Below, piece by piece: positions 36,037 to 45,949 of a DNA stretch of 64,000 nucleotides. Position numbers and translations under genes: made by a program. The notes below the pieces were generated by a model, which searched no databases, had not been told where the DNA came from, and saw only the letters and a list, made by a program, of their open reading frames with translations. Origin of the DNA: Ignavibacteria bacterium (GTDB lineage: Bacteria; Bacteroidota; Ignavibacteria; Kapaibacteriales; UBA4661); the NCBI GenBank assembly GCA_013298775.1, contig JAAFIV010000014.1, forward strand, positions 30,197-94,196. Reading direction: 5' to 3'. Positions within the stretch are counted from its first letter, which is position 1. The number at the start of each line of letters is the position of its first letter.

Positions 36037-37188
36037 ATGACAACCTTTGAATTTACCGAAACACATGAAATGATTCGCACGACCGCTCGCAATTTCGCTC
36101 AAGACGTGATTGCGCCAAGCGCGGTTGAGCGCGATATGACCGCAGAATTTCCTCACGATATTATTAAACAACTCGGCGAACTTGGTTTTATGGGCATGAT
36201 GGTTTCGCCAGAATGGGGCGGAAGCGGCTTAGATGCTGTTAGTTACACGATTGCAATGGAAGAAATTTCCAAAGTAGATGCCAGCGTGAGCGTGGTGATG
36301 TCGGTCAATAACTCGCTTGTGTGCTGGGCGTTGGAAAAATACGGCACCGATGAACAGAAAGAACAGTTTTTGCGCCCCTTGGCGACAGGACAGAAAATCG
36401 GCGCGTTCTGCCTCAGCGAACCTGGCGTTGGCTCGGACGCGACGCAGCAATCCACCGTCGCAATTCAGCAAAATGGTTCGTGGGTGATTAACGGCGCGAA
36501 AAACTGGATTACCAATGGCACAACTGCAAGCATTTACCTTGTCTTGGCGCAAACCGACCGCGAAAAACGCCACAAAGGTATCACCTGCTTTATCGTCGAA
36601 GACGGTATGGAAGGCTTTGAGAAAGGCAAGAAAGAGGATAAAATGGGCATCCGCTCCAGCGATACATGCTCGCTCGCCTTTACAAATGTGAAAGTGTCGC
36701 ACAAAATGCACGTACTGGGCGAGGTTGGACGCGGGTTCAACTTGGCAATGGAAATTCTGAACGGTGGGCGTATTGGTATTGCGGCGCAGGCACTCGGCAT
36801 TGCGCAGGGCGCGTTTGAGGCGGCAGTGAAGTATTCAAAAGAGCGTCAGGCGTTCAACAAGCCGATTTCAGATTTGCAAGCGATTCAGTTCAAAATTGCT
36901 GATATGTCGGTAAAAATTGAAGCTGCACGGTTGCTCATTTTGAAAGCTGCAACGATGAAAGATAAACATGAAAATATCATCAAAGCTGCCGCGCAAGCAA
37001 AGCTGTACGCCTCGAAAATTGCGGTAGAAGTGGCGTTGGAGGCAATTCAAATTCACGGCGGCTACGGCTACGTCCGCGAATACTTGGTTGAACGCTTTTT
37101 GCGCGATGCGAAAATCACGGAAATCTACGAAGGCACAAGCGAAATTCAGCATATTGTGATTGCGCGTGAAGTGCTGAAAGAGGCGTAA
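36037..37188 (+). CDS. Acyl-CoA dehydrogenase (short/branched-chain type)
   Basis: Full-length ACAD similarity; catalytic-base region YEGTSEIQHIVIAR at the C-terminus. Confidence 0.9.
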   Translation: MTTFEFTETHEMIRTTARNFAQDVIAPSAVERDMTAEFPHDIIKQLGELGFMGMMVSPEWGGSGLDAVSYTIAMEEISKVDASVSVVMSVNNSLVCWALEKYGTDEQKEQFLRPLATGQKIGAFCLSEPGVGSDATQQSTVAIQQNGSWVINGAKNWITNGTTASIYLVLAQTDREKRHKGITCFIVEDGMEGFEKGKKEDKMGIRSSDTCSLAFTNVKVSHKMHVLGEVGRGFNLAMEILNGGRIGIAAQALGIAQGAFEAAVKYSKERQAFNKPISDLQAIQFKIADMSVKIEAARLLILKAATMKDKHENIIKAAAQAKLYASKIAVEVALEAIQIHGGYGYVREYLVERFLRDAKITEIYEGTSEIQHIVIAREVLKEA

Positions 37189-37205
37189 AATCTAGCTTTT
37201 TTGCT

Positions 37206-37262
37206 CGGAGTGAGGCTCTCGCTTCTTGACGCAAAGCCGTCAGCGAGGGTCTCACTTTTTAC
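37206..37262. repeat. Family D hairpin (terminator-like) just after the acyl-CoA dehydrogenase gene
   Basis: gagtgaggctctcgc-ttcttgacgcaaagccgtc-agcgagggtctcac followed by ttttt. Confidence 0.5.
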
Positions 37263-37419
37263 AAAAAACTCATCAAACCATCTCAAGTCAAGAAATAATC
37301 AGCACTACAAGCCTTTTTTTGACTTATGCCCTCCAAAGTAACATCCCCTACAAGCAAGATAAAACCTTCGCTTTAGACATTTTTACCCTCAAGGGCAGTG
37401 AAATTTGTTGTGAAGTTCA

Positions 37420-37471
37420 AAAAAAATCCTCGAACCCGCATCAGTGCAAAGGTTCGAGGATTTTTTTTTGA
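37420..37471. terminator. Bidirectional rho-independent terminator
   Basis: atcctcgaacc-cgcatcagtgcaaa-ggttcgaggat followed by T9; A-run on the other side. Confidence 0.65.
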
Positions 37472-37521
37472 CAAATATTTCAACAATAAAGAACACACTG
37501 CAAGCCTAGTATTTCCTTGCC

Positions 37522-38532
37522 TTACACGTTGTTATTGTTATTATTCAAACTCTGCGAAAATCCCGAATATGGGTCAGAATTATCCAAGGTGCTGAAATAG
37601 TAGTAGGTGCGTCCGTTGGCATCCACTTCGATAGAGGCAAGGCGTTTTTCGCTGGCGTGTTTCAAAAATTGTTCAATTTCTGCGAGCGTAAATTCACTTT
37701 CAATCACCATAAGTTCCGCATACACCTTGCCATTATGCTCAAGTGCATGGCGCAGCACGGCTTTTTCCATGTATGCAAAATTGGTAATGGATGGCGCACC
37801 AATGCTTGGGTTTGACGGAAGGGCGAGGAAATCTTGATGCTCGGCTTGCAAACGGAAAAGTTTCTGGCGTGTTTCGCGGACGTTGTAGGCGGTCATTGCT
37901 GCCATTGCGCCAAAGACCATTGTTGGAACGCCCAAGTCTGCATCACCACTTACAATTGAGCTGATGCCGAAACATGCTGCCATAATCAAACTAAAGACCA
38001 CACCTTTTTTCTTGCCTTCTAAGCTCCGTTCGGTGCGTTCCATTTTTTTCATAAGACGTTTGTAAGTCTCTTCCCGGTACCGTTCCATTGCTGACGGCGC
38101 AGCCATTCCGCGTTGCTTTTCACGCGCTTGCTGACTATCCTTCAAGGAATCCATCGTTGTATCAACGGCATCCACGACAATATCAATAATTTCGCCAAGA
38201 ATTCCGCCCGCTTTGGTGCGATACTCCCGTCCACCGCGCTCCATATCACGCTCCCAACGGTCACGGCGGCGTTTGCGCCACTTATCGCGGGCATCGGCGA
38301 GGTCGGATTGCCAATCGGGAACATTACGCTCATCGTCCGACCAGCCACGTTTGTCGTTGCGGTTATTGCGGTTGCCGGGTGAAAAACTGCTCATGGGTTT
38401 GCTCCGAAAATCATAGTGATATGCATACGAGTAAGAGTCCGACGCTCTAGCAAAGGTTGATGAAGAATCCGATACACCTTGGGCGGAAGATGTGAAACCT
38501 TTCGGAGAGAAGAATGATTGAAGCCGCGCCAT
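37522..38532 (-). CDS. Hypothetical membrane protein (about 336 aa): charged Arg/Asp/Glu-rich N-region, two TM helices, conserved-looking C-terminal domain, poly-Asn tail
   Basis: RKRRRDRWERDMERGGREYR; TM segments GVVFSLIMAACFGISSIVSG and PTMVFGAMAAMTAYNV; C-terminus ends NNNNNNV; start at MARLQSFF. Confidence 0.45.
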   Translation of the reverse strand: MARLQSFFSPKGFTSSAQGVSDSSSTFARASDSYSYAYHYDFRSKPMSSFSPGNRNNRNDKRGWSDDERNVPDWQSDLADARDKWRKRRRDRWERDMERGGREYRTKAGGILGEIIDIVVDAVDTTMDSLKDSQQAREKQRGMAAPSAMERYREETYKRLMKKMERTERSLEGKKKGVVFSLIMAACFGISSIVSGDADLGVPTMVFGAMAAMTAYNVRETRQKLFRLQAEHQDFLALPSNPSIGAPSITNFAYMEKAVLRHALEHNGKVYAELMVIESEFTLAEIEQFLKHASEKRLASIEVDANGRTYYYFSTLDNSDPYSGFSQSLNNNNNNV

Positions 38533-38703
38533 AATGCACCGTCCTTGCCGTGAAGTATGTAATTTACAAAACATTTCTTCCTTCTACCAACGCAAAAGCA
38601 GGAAAAGAGTTTCAAATGAATGCCAAGAATCACAACAATTTGTGAAATTTTTTGCGATGACCACACAGTACACATTCTTATCCGCTACAAAGCGCGTCAA
38701 TGC

Positions 38704-40182
38704 TTACTCTTTGCGCTTGAGCCGCGCAACCGACTCAATGTGGTACGTGTGTGGAAACATATCCACTGGTTGCAGTTCTTCCACGTGATATTTTTCCGCG
38801 AGAATAGCGCAATCACGCGCTTGCGTGCTGGGATTGCAGGAAACATAGACCAGCACAGGCGGTGCAAAATCCAGCAAATTCCGCACAACGTCTTCGTGCA
38901 TGCCCGCGCGTGGCGGGTCGGTGATAATCACGTCCGGTGCGGGCAAGCGTGATAAAACCTGCTTCTTCACCGCTTTTTGCATATCTTCAATGGTAAATTC
39001 TACGTTGTCAATGCCGTTCATTGCCGCATTTTTACGGGCATCGTGTATTGAGCTTTCAACAATCTCCAAACCCGCAACAAATCTCGCTTTGCGAGCTGCT
39101 GCAAGCGTGATAGAACCCGTGCCACAGTACAAATCCCACACGGTTTTGCCGGATAAATCGCCCGCGTAGTCCAATGCCACGCGAAAGAGCGTTTCTGCTT
39201 GTTTGGTGTTGGTTTGAAAAAAGGAAAATGGCGAAATTTGGTAGCGCACACCCAGCAAGGTTTCGGTAATGAAGCCGCTTCCATGCACCGTGCGCGGCAC
39301 ACCGCCAGCGACCGTCGCTTTCGATTCCGTTACTGCATGAATAGCAGTGCTTACCTCAGGAAAAGTACGAATAAAATCCTGCTCAAACCAAGCAATCATG
39401 CGCTCGTCCGCGTCCGTGTATGCGGGTGAAGTTACGAGAATAACCATCACTTCCCCGCTTGCGGTGGAATTGCGAATAACGAGATTGCGCAAAAAACCTG
39501 TGTGTGAGCGCGTCTCGAAAATGCTCACCGACCGCGCCAATGCTGCCTCGCGGACGGCATTCACAATGCGGCTTGAAAGCTCGCTTTGCAAATAGCATTG
39601 CTCCACATCCAAGACTTTATCGAACCGTCCAGGAATATGCAAACCCAGCGCGAAATTTTTGTTAATAATTGGAACAGATGAATTGTTCATTGAATCATGT
39701 TCTTGTGCGGCTTCTGCGCCTTCTTCCTGCGCTTTCATTTGTTGAATTTCCGCCACTGTCAGCCAGCGCGAATCGCCAAAGGAAAACTCCATTTTATTGC
39801 GATAAAAAAACTGCGCTGGCGATGCAAGCGTGTCGTGGAGCGTGGTGTAGGGAACTTTGCCTAAACGCTCGAAAGCATCCTGTACATGACGTTTTTTCCA
39901 TGCACATTGCTCTGCGTAGGACAAATGCTGCCATTTGCAGCCGCCGCACGTCCCGAAATAGCTGCACTGCGGCGTTTGGCGCACGGGCGAGGCATCCAGC
40001 AATTCTACCATTCGTGCTTCAGCAAAACTCTTCTTTTTCTTGCGAATCTCAGCAATGATGCGGTCTCCCGGCACGGCTCCTTCCACAAAATAGACAAAGC
40101 CACTTTCGTCGCGGGCAATAGCTTTTCCTTCAAAGCCGATAGATTCTATGCGGAGTTCACGGGTTGCGAAGTTTTTGGTCAT
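38704..40182 (-). CDS. rlmD: 23S rRNA (uracil-C5)-methyltransferase, TRAM + [4Fe-4S] + SAM-MTase
   Basis: TRAM domain (LRIESIGFEGKAIAR...VEGAVPGDRI); Cys cluster CSYFGTCGGCKWQHL; class I MTase motifs (DLYCGTGSI; DPPRAG); ATG at 40182, ORF-track extension is repeat-derived. Confidence 0.85.
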   Translation of the reverse strand: MTKNFATRELRIESIGFEGKAIARDESGFVYFVEGAVPGDRIIAEIRKKKKSFAEARMVELLDASPVRQTPQCSYFGTCGGCKWQHLSYAEQCAWKKRHVQDAFERLGKVPYTTLHDTLASPAQFFYRNKMEFSFGDSRWLTVAEIQQMKAQEEGAEAAQEHDSMNNSSVPIINKNFALGLHIPGRFDKVLDVEQCYLQSELSSRIVNAVREAALARSVSIFETRSHTGFLRNLVIRNSTASGEVMVILVTSPAYTDADERMIAWFEQDFIRTFPEVSTAIHAVTESKATVAGGVPRTVHGSGFITETLLGVRYQISPFSFFQTNTKQAETLFRVALDYAGDLSGKTVWDLYCGTGSITLAAARKARFVAGLEIVESSIHDARKNAAMNGIDNVEFTIEDMQKAVKKQVLSRLPAPDVIITDPPRAGMHEDVVRNLLDFAPPVLVYVSCNPSTQARDCAILAEKYHVEELQPVDMFPHTYHIESVARLKRKE

Positions 40183-40221
40183 GAGTTTTTGGTTGTTGAT
40201 TGTACAGTGAGCATTTTTTGG

Positions 40222-40289
40222 GCTTCGGTAGCGCGGACGCTCCTGTCTGCGACATTTGTGAGACGCAGACAAGAGTGTCCGCGCTACCA
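40222..40289. repeat. Family B hairpin repeat
   Basis: cggtagcgcggacgctcctgtctgcg ... cgcagacaagagtgtccgcgctacc. Confidence 0.7.
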
Positions 40290-40306
40290 AGAAGAGAAAA
40301 ATCTGT

Positions 40307-41737
40307 TTAGCGAATACTACCCATCATGCGGCGCAGTTTCGGCGTGAGAGCAAAAAGAACGGCGGCTGCACACAGCACCAATGCTGCCAGTGCGCCAAAA
40401 TATTGCGCAAGAAAGAGCGTATTGTTCTCATCGAAAAAGCCCGCTAGATAGCCTGCGATGAGGCTTGCAAGTGCGCTTGCTAAAAACCACACGCCCATCA
40501 TTCTGCCCGTTAAATGACGTGGAGAGAGCTTCGTTACGACACTGAGACCCGTGGGATTCAGCAATACCGCGCCAATTTCCTGCAAGAAAAATGCACCCAA
40601 AAGCCACGCAGGATGCACCAAACCGCCCTCGTGCGCGGCAAGCGAGGCGAGAACCATCACCGAAAATGCCAAGCCCACGCACACTAAACTCATGGCAAAT
40701 TTTGCTGGCGAACTCGGCTGTTTTTCACCTAAAAATAGCCACAGATGCGATAAAATGGGCGACAAGAAAATAACATACAACGGCACTGCTGCCTGAAACC
40801 AGCTTGAGGGGAAGTGCCAGCCCAGTATTTCCGTGCGCGTAAGACGGGCAGCGAAAAGATTCATGCTCGAACCCGCTTGTTCGGAAACTAATCCAAAAAT
40901 AATCGTGAAAATAAAGAGAATGAAAATTACCTGAATATGCCGCCATTCCTCGCGTGTGAGCTTTGAGGGCGCGTGAGAATGTTCTTGCGAAGGACGCTGC
41001 GAACGATGACTGGGTAATTGTTCTGGTGAATATTCTGGTAATTGTTTTGGCAAATGCTGCTGCGAAGCGAGAAACTGCGTTAGCCCAAGCACCATGCCGC
41101 ATCCAGCCGCCGCAAAGCCCCAATGCCAGGAATGTGCTGGATTCATCCCACAAATACCGAGAAATTCCTTGAAGAGCGGGTGTTGTGCCAAAAAACCACA
41201 CACAAACGGCGCGAAAGCCGCACCAATGTTGATTCCCATGAAAAAGAGCGCGAAGCCAGCATCGCGCCGCGTGTCGTCCGCCGCGTATAATTCCCCGACA
41301 AGCGCGGAAACACTGGGTTTGAGTAAGCCTGTACCAAGTGTAATCAGTACCAATCCCGCAAAAAAGAATGGTATTTTGGGAAAAGCAAGTGCGCAATGCC
41401 CAAGCGTGATAATGCTTCCACCCAGCACCACTGCTCGCTTTGTGCCAAGAAAGCGGTCTGCCACAAAGCCGCCTGGCAGCGCAAGCAAATACACCCACAT
41501 CGTGTACGCGCCGTAAATCGCGGCGGCGTGTTTCGTGGAAAAGCCCAAACCGCCCTCTGCGCTTGGTGCGACCATGTACAAAATCAGAATTGCCCGCATT
41601 CCGTAATAGCTGAAACGTTCCCACAATTCCGTAAAAAACAGCACCGAAAGCCCGCGCGGGTGTGCGGCTAACACACTCCAACGGCGAGTATTCATGCGGC
41701 TTTGGGAAGATTGCGAAGAGGGAGGCGACACATTCAT
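40307..41737 (-). CDS. POT/PTR2-family proton-dependent di/tripeptide transporter (MFS)
   Basis: PTR2 signature FTELWERFSYYGMRAILILYM; 12+ TM; start tentatively at MNVSPP. Confidence 0.85.
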   Translation of the reverse strand: MNVSPPSSQSSQSRMNTRRWSVLAAHPRGLSVLFFTELWERFSYYGMRAILILYMVAPSAEGGLGFSTKHAAAIYGAYTMWVYLLALPGGFVADRFLGTKRAVVLGGSIITLGHCALAFPKIPFFFAGLVLITLGTGLLKPSVSALVGELYAADDTRRDAGFALFFMGINIGAAFAPFVCGFLAQHPLFKEFLGICGMNPAHSWHWGFAAAGCGMVLGLTQFLASQQHLPKQLPEYSPEQLPSHRSQRPSQEHSHAPSKLTREEWRHIQVIFILFIFTIIFGLVSEQAGSSMNLFAARLTRTEILGWHFPSSWFQAAVPLYVIFLSPILSHLWLFLGEKQPSSPAKFAMSLVCVGLAFSVMVLASLAAHEGGLVHPAWLLGAFFLQEIGAVLLNPTGLSVVTKLSPRHLTGRMMGVWFLASALASLIAGYLAGFFDENNTLFLAQYFGALAALVLCAAAVLFALTPKLRRMMGSIR

Positions 41738-41790
41738 GCTACTTGGGTTCAAACTATTCCACATGAAAAGTACACGATAACATTTCTTTA

Positions 41791-41872
41791 GTAGTGGCAC
41801 AGACATTCCTGTCTGTGAGTATTAGTGCGAGTTTTAGGTGGAAAACACAGACAGGAATGTCTGTGCCACTAA
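41791..41872. repeat. Family B hairpin repeat
   Basis: gtagtggcacagacattcctgtctgtgag ... cacagacaggaatgtctgtgccactaaaac. Confidence 0.7.
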
Positions 41873-41907
41873 AACAGGTTTCTTCAGAGATTTTATCGTG
41901 TAAAAAA

Positions 41908-43002
41908 CTATTCAACAATGATCAATTCCTTTGGAAGTGCCGCCGTCAGGACTTCGCAGCCCATGTCGGTCAGCCACACATCGTCTTCAATGCGCACACC
42001 GCAGCGTCCAGCGATGTACACGCCTGGCTCAATCGTGATGACCGCTTGTGTGGGCGCAATGTCGTCGGGAAAACGCCACGACACGCTGGGTTTCTCGTGG
42101 ACTTCCTTGCCCAGCCCATGTCCCAAGCCGTGTTCAAACTCTTTTTCGTAGCCCGCGTCGGTAATTATTTTTCTCGCAACAGCATCCAAATCCAGAACCT
42201 TTATTCCGCCGTGAGCCGCTTGAATACTGGATTTGTTGGCATTCAAAACCAAATCGAAAATGCTTTTGTCGAATGCGGGTGGTTCGCCGAGCGCGAACGT
42301 GCGCGTGATGTCGCTGTAAAAACCGCGTACACGGCAGCCAAAATCCAGCGTGATAAGTTCGCCTTTTTTCAAGAGCTTTTGCGAAGCGCGTCCGTGCGGC
42401 AAGGCACCTCGAACACCGCTCGCAACAATGGTTTCAAAGCCCTCGCCTTCCGAGCCACATTTTTTGGAAATGTACGCCACTTCTGCTGCAACGTCGTTTT
42501 CGCTCATGCCTTCGCGCGTGGTGCGCAGCACGTGGTCGTACACTCGCGCCGCAATCTCCACCGCCGCTTTGATGTGCGCAACTTCTTCGGCGGTTTTGCG
42601 CATCACGATTGGTTCAATTAAGCCTGTAAGTGGCTTCAATTCTTGCGTTTCAAAGCGTTTTTTCATTGCCTCCGCGCTCAGGACGCTGGTGTATGCCGCT
42701 TCAAAGCCGAGAGCCTTTGCACCCCGCGTCAGTCCTTGCTCGTGGATGTATTTCCACCATTCGCGCTCAATATGCTGCTGGAAAAAGGGCAATGCCGCAA
42801 GCTCTTCTTTTGCCTGTTCGCCGTAGCGTCCATCGGTAAGGAAATGCGCTTCTTGCGGCGTAATGACAAGCATTGCGCTGGAGCCAGAGAAATTCGTCAG
42901 ATACGAAACGTGCGAAAGATGCGTAACAAAAAGTGCCTGAATGCCGAGCGCGTCAAATCGGCTACGAAGCTCATCAATGCGGCGTTCTTGGATTGTTTGC
43001 AT
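41908..43002 (-). CDS. pepP: Xaa-Pro aminopeptidase (M24B family)
   Basis: Creatinase-like N-domain plus M24 pita-bread domain with metal ligands (HGLGHGLG...; EPG); 364 aa. Confidence 0.85.
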   Translation of the reverse strand: MQTIQERRIDELRSRFDALGIQALFVTHLSHVSYLTNFSGSSAMLVITPQEAHFLTDGRYGEQAKEELAALPFFQQHIEREWWKYIHEQGLTRGAKALGFEAAYTSVLSAEAMKKRFETQELKPLTGLIEPIVMRKTAEEVAHIKAAVEIAARVYDHVLRTTREGMSENDVAAEVAYISKKCGSEGEGFETIVASGVRGALPHGRASQKLLKKGELITLDFGCRVRGFYSDITRTFALGEPPAFDKSIFDLVLNANKSSIQAAHGGIKVLDLDAVARKIITDAGYEKEFEHGLGHGLGKEVHEKPSVSWRFPDDIAPTQAVITIEPGVYIAGRCGVRIEDDVWLTDMGCEVLTAALPKELIIVE

Positions 43003-43087
43003 AGCGAAGGAAAGTAAAAATTTGTGCTACTGTATTGTGCTACTGTTTGTGCTACCGGAGGAAGTGAGACCCTCACAAGAGTAGTTT

Positions 43088-44449
43088 CTACGCGCCTTCT
43101 GGCGGCTGCCACGTGCGGTCAAACGTCGAGCGCAAGCCTTGCCAGCACTCGAAGTAATCACGCTGCAAGGTGCCTGTTTCGAGCGCGTATTTTGTGGTCT
43201 TCACGGCAAAGCGCGTTTCAAACATGAATGCCATTGTAGCGTCGATGTAATGCGGCTTCAGCTCGGCGGCGATAGCTTTTTGGTAGGTTGCCGTGTCGGG
43301 TCCGTGTCCAGACATACAGTTATGCAAACTGCATCCACCTGGCACAAAACCTTCTTCTTTGGCATCGTACACGCCGTAAATCAAGCCCATAAATTCGTTC
43401 ATGAAATTGCGATGAAACCAGGGCGGACGGAAGGTGTGTTCTGCCACCATCCAACGCGGCGGGAAGATGACAAAATCAACATTTGCTGTACCGTGAATTT
43501 CGGAAGGCGCGGTGAGAACCGTGAAAATGGACGGGTCTGGGTGGTCGAAACTGACGGTGTTGATGGTCTGGAAGAGGCGTAAATCATACTTGTAGGGCGC
43601 GTAGTTGCCGTGCCACGCGACCACGTTCAGCGGCGAGTGGTCAATCTTTGCTTCCCACAAATGCCCGTGAAACTTCGCAATGACGCGGAAATCGCCGTCT
43701 AATTCCTCGAAAGCTGCAAGTGGTGTGAGGAAATCACGCGGATTCGCCAAGCCGTTCGCGCCGATTGGTCCCAAATCTGGCAAGCGAAACGTCGTGCCAA
43801 AATTCTCGCAAATATAGCCGCGAAGCTCTTCCGACGGGCTGTCTGCGGGGCATTGAATTTGAAATTTTATTCCACGCGGAATCACGACAATTTCACACGG
43901 TTCTGCCTCAATAACACCAAGCTCAGTCTTGAAAATATGCCGTCCTTTTTGAATCACAAACAGCATTTCGCCATCGGCATTGTAGAAAAAATTCGTGGTC
44001 ATGGACGTATTCGCCGCGTACAGGTGAATCGCGCAGCCAGAATGCACGGTTGCATCGCCGTTTCCGCCCATTGTTACCAAGCCTTGTACGAAGTTCGTTC
44101 CTTGAGGCGGCGTGGGAAGCGGATTCCAGCGCATTTGGTTCGGCGGCGTGGGCGTTTCGTCAAAGGGCGTACCACGCAACAGCCCCGCATCCACGCGCTG
44201 AAACGGCGTATGCACCACCGATGGGCGAATGCGATAGAGCCACGAGCGGCGATTTTCCGTGCGCGGCATGGTGAAGGCTGTCCCGCTCACCTGCTCGGCG
44301 TACAGCCCGTAAGGAACGCGCTGTGGGGAATTTTGTCCCGCAGGAAGCGCGTGCGGTAAGGCTTCGCTGGCAAATTCATTTCCAAAGCCTGATTGATACT
44401 GCTTTGTTGTAGCGGTCTCTTGTGAAGAGCGCATTGTTGCTGATGCCAT
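43088..44449 (-). CDS. hmgA: Homogentisate 1,2-dioxygenase
   Basis: [26 protein letters not shown]...; full-length HGD cupin similarity; ATG at 44449 (MASATM). Confidence 0.9.
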   Translation of the reverse strand: MASATMRSSQETATTKQYQSGFGNEFASEALPHALPAGQNSPQRVPYGLYAEQVSGTAFTMPRTENRRSWLYRIRPSVVHTPFQRVDAGLLRGTPFDETPTPPNQMRWNPLPTPPQGTNFVQGLVTMGGNGDATVHSGCAIHLYAANTSMTTNFFYNADGEMLFVIQKGRHIFKTELGVIEAEPCEIVVIPRGIKFQIQCPADSPSEELRGYICENFGTTFRLPDLGPIGANGLANPRDFLTPLAAFEELDGDFRVIAKFHGHLWEAKIDHSPLNVVAWHGNYAPYKYDLRLFQTINTVSFDHPDPSIFTVLTAPSEIHGTANVDFVIFPPRWMVAEHTFRPPWFHRNFMNEFMGLIYGVYDAKEEGFVPGGCSLHNCMSGHGPDTATYQKAIAAELKPHYIDATMAFMFETRFAVKTTKYALETGTLQRDYFECWQGLRSTFDRTWQPPEGA

Positions 44450-44495
44450 AAACGTTTTCCTCCTGATGTGAACGGTGAAAAAACTTCTTCGATTT

Positions 44496-44571
44496 TGGTA
44501 GCGCAGACACTCCTGTCTGCGAGGTTTCATAAGGCATTGAAGGGGCGCAGACAAGAGTGTCCGCGCTACGG
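44496..44571. repeat. Family B hairpin repeat
   Basis: ggtagcgcagacactcctgtctgcg ... gcgcagacaagagtgtccgcgctacg. Confidence 0.7.
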
Positions 44572-44678
44572 CTCAAGATTATTGCCCAGAAAAGACCACA
44601 AATCTACTCTTTTCCCGCCGATAGAACAACATCTTTCGCTGCGAGCGAATCTACTCAATATCTCTGAGATTCATTCCC

Positions 44679-45467
44679 TCAAACATCGCTCCAAGTCTCA
44701 TCTTCAGAGCTTGCGATATTGTCAAGTTCGTTGTTTTCCAATTCTTTTAGCACCTGACGAATAATTTCCCACGTGAATCCCTGCCGTTGCAAGTAGCCAA
44801 GCAAGGACTGATGCCGCTTTTCGGGCGAATGTTTCTGTAAGGTGCGGAGTTTCTTGTGTGCGGCTTGTAAAGCACTCTCTAGCAAGGTATCATGCCGTGT
44901 TTCGGGTGGAAATTCCTCCAAAAGCGCATCTTCAATTTCAAACTTAGAAACGCCGCGCTTTGCGAGTTCTTGTCGAATGCGCTCCATGCCCGAGGGCTTG
45001 CGTTCATGTCGTTCTTTGATGAAAGCGCGAGCGTAAGCGGCATCGTTCACGTAGCCAAATTCTTCCAAAAATTGCACCGCATATTCCGCTTCTTCGGGCG
45101 AAAACTCTTTTTCTAGCATCTTGCGGCGTACTTCCTGCGCTGTGCGCGATTTGTACGTGGCATAGCGCAAAGCAATTTGCTTTAAGCGCATGACATCTTC
45201 CGACTCCATCATCCGCGCCAAATCTTGCGCCGTGAGCATTTTTCCCACACGCAATGCCGCTTGCACGACAATATCCATCGAGCAGCCAAAGGCAAATTCG
45301 CCATTCAAAAACACCGAACAGCGCGAGGGATTTTTCTTCTGCGCCTGAACGCTAGAAACCGTGTAGGGTGGCTGAATCTCGCGTAAATGCTTGGGAAGTG
45401 AACGCCTCAGCGAGGTGGCGGAATTCGTATGTGCTGATTCATTTGGTATTTCGTCGAGAAGCGGCAT
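44679..45467 (-). CDS. recX: RecA regulator RecX
   Basis: Three-helical-repeat RecX pattern (LRYATYKSRTAQEVRRKMLEKEFSPEEAEYAVQFLEEFGYVNDAAYARAFIK). Confidence 0.8.
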   Translation of the reverse strand: MPLLDEIPNESAHTNSATSLRRSLPKHLREIQPPYTVSSVQAQKKNPSRCSVFLNGEFAFGCSMDIVVQAALRVGKMLTAQDLARMMESEDVMRLKQIALRYATYKSRTAQEVRRKMLEKEFSPEEAEYAVQFLEEFGYVNDAAYARAFIKERHERKPSGMERIRQELAKRGVSKFEIEDALLEEFPPETRHDTLLESALQAAHKKLRTLQKHSPEKRHQSLLGYLQRQGFTWEIIRQVLKELENNELDNIASSEDETWSDV

Positions 45468-45520
45468 AAAGAATAGTTTTGTTGAGAAAATAACTATTGC
45501 AGAACGCTATCGAATTTGCC

Positions 45521-45797
45521 CCCTTGATAAAGGCAGGGCTGTTAAGTTCTCGTGTTTTCCCTCATCCCAACCCTTCTCCCAGAGGGAGAAGGGCAAGATA
45601 CAGAGCCACCTCTTCACCCTCGCCCCGCGTTTCGCGTGGGAGAGGGTCGCTCGCAGAGCGGGGTGAGGGCAGAACTTAACAGCCCTGCCCTTGATAAAGG
45701 GGGAACGGGGGATTTGTCCTGTGTGCGTGAGCAAGGGGTGCTGGAGACCGCACAGACCGTGAATCCCCCGTTCCCCCTTTATCAAGGGGGCGAATGA
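45521..45797. repeat. Family C inverted-repeat pair (empty) whose left arm is interrupted by a family A insertion
   Basis: gcccccttgataaagg | family A | cccttgataaagggggaacgggggattt ... aatcccccgttccccctttatcaagggggcgaatgagtg. Confidence 0.65.
45543..45687. mobile_element. Family A MITE-like element nested in family C, with 13-nt target-site duplication cccttgataaagg
   Basis: cagggctgttaagttctcg...cagaacttaacagccctg; duplicated flank at 45530-45542 and 45688-45700; removing element plus one duplicate restores an intact family C arm. Confidence 0.7.
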
Positions 45798-45949
45798 GTG
45801 AACTAATTGCTGTAGAACCTGAGTAGCTACGAAAAAGCAAGTATTGACGGGCTGCGGAAATGTTATTCGTGCAATGCAAGATACGGAGAAATGTTGTATT
45901 TTCGAGGTGCAATGGTGTACGACATTTTCAAATTTTTCCTTCATTCCGA

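Noticed and set aside
40183-40290. N-terminal extensions of ORF-track calls for rlmD, hmgA, the POT transporter and the oxidoreductase
   Set aside because: The extensions run through family A/B repeats. Conserved N-termini and in-frame ATGs lie just downstream of the repeats, so the shorter starts were used.
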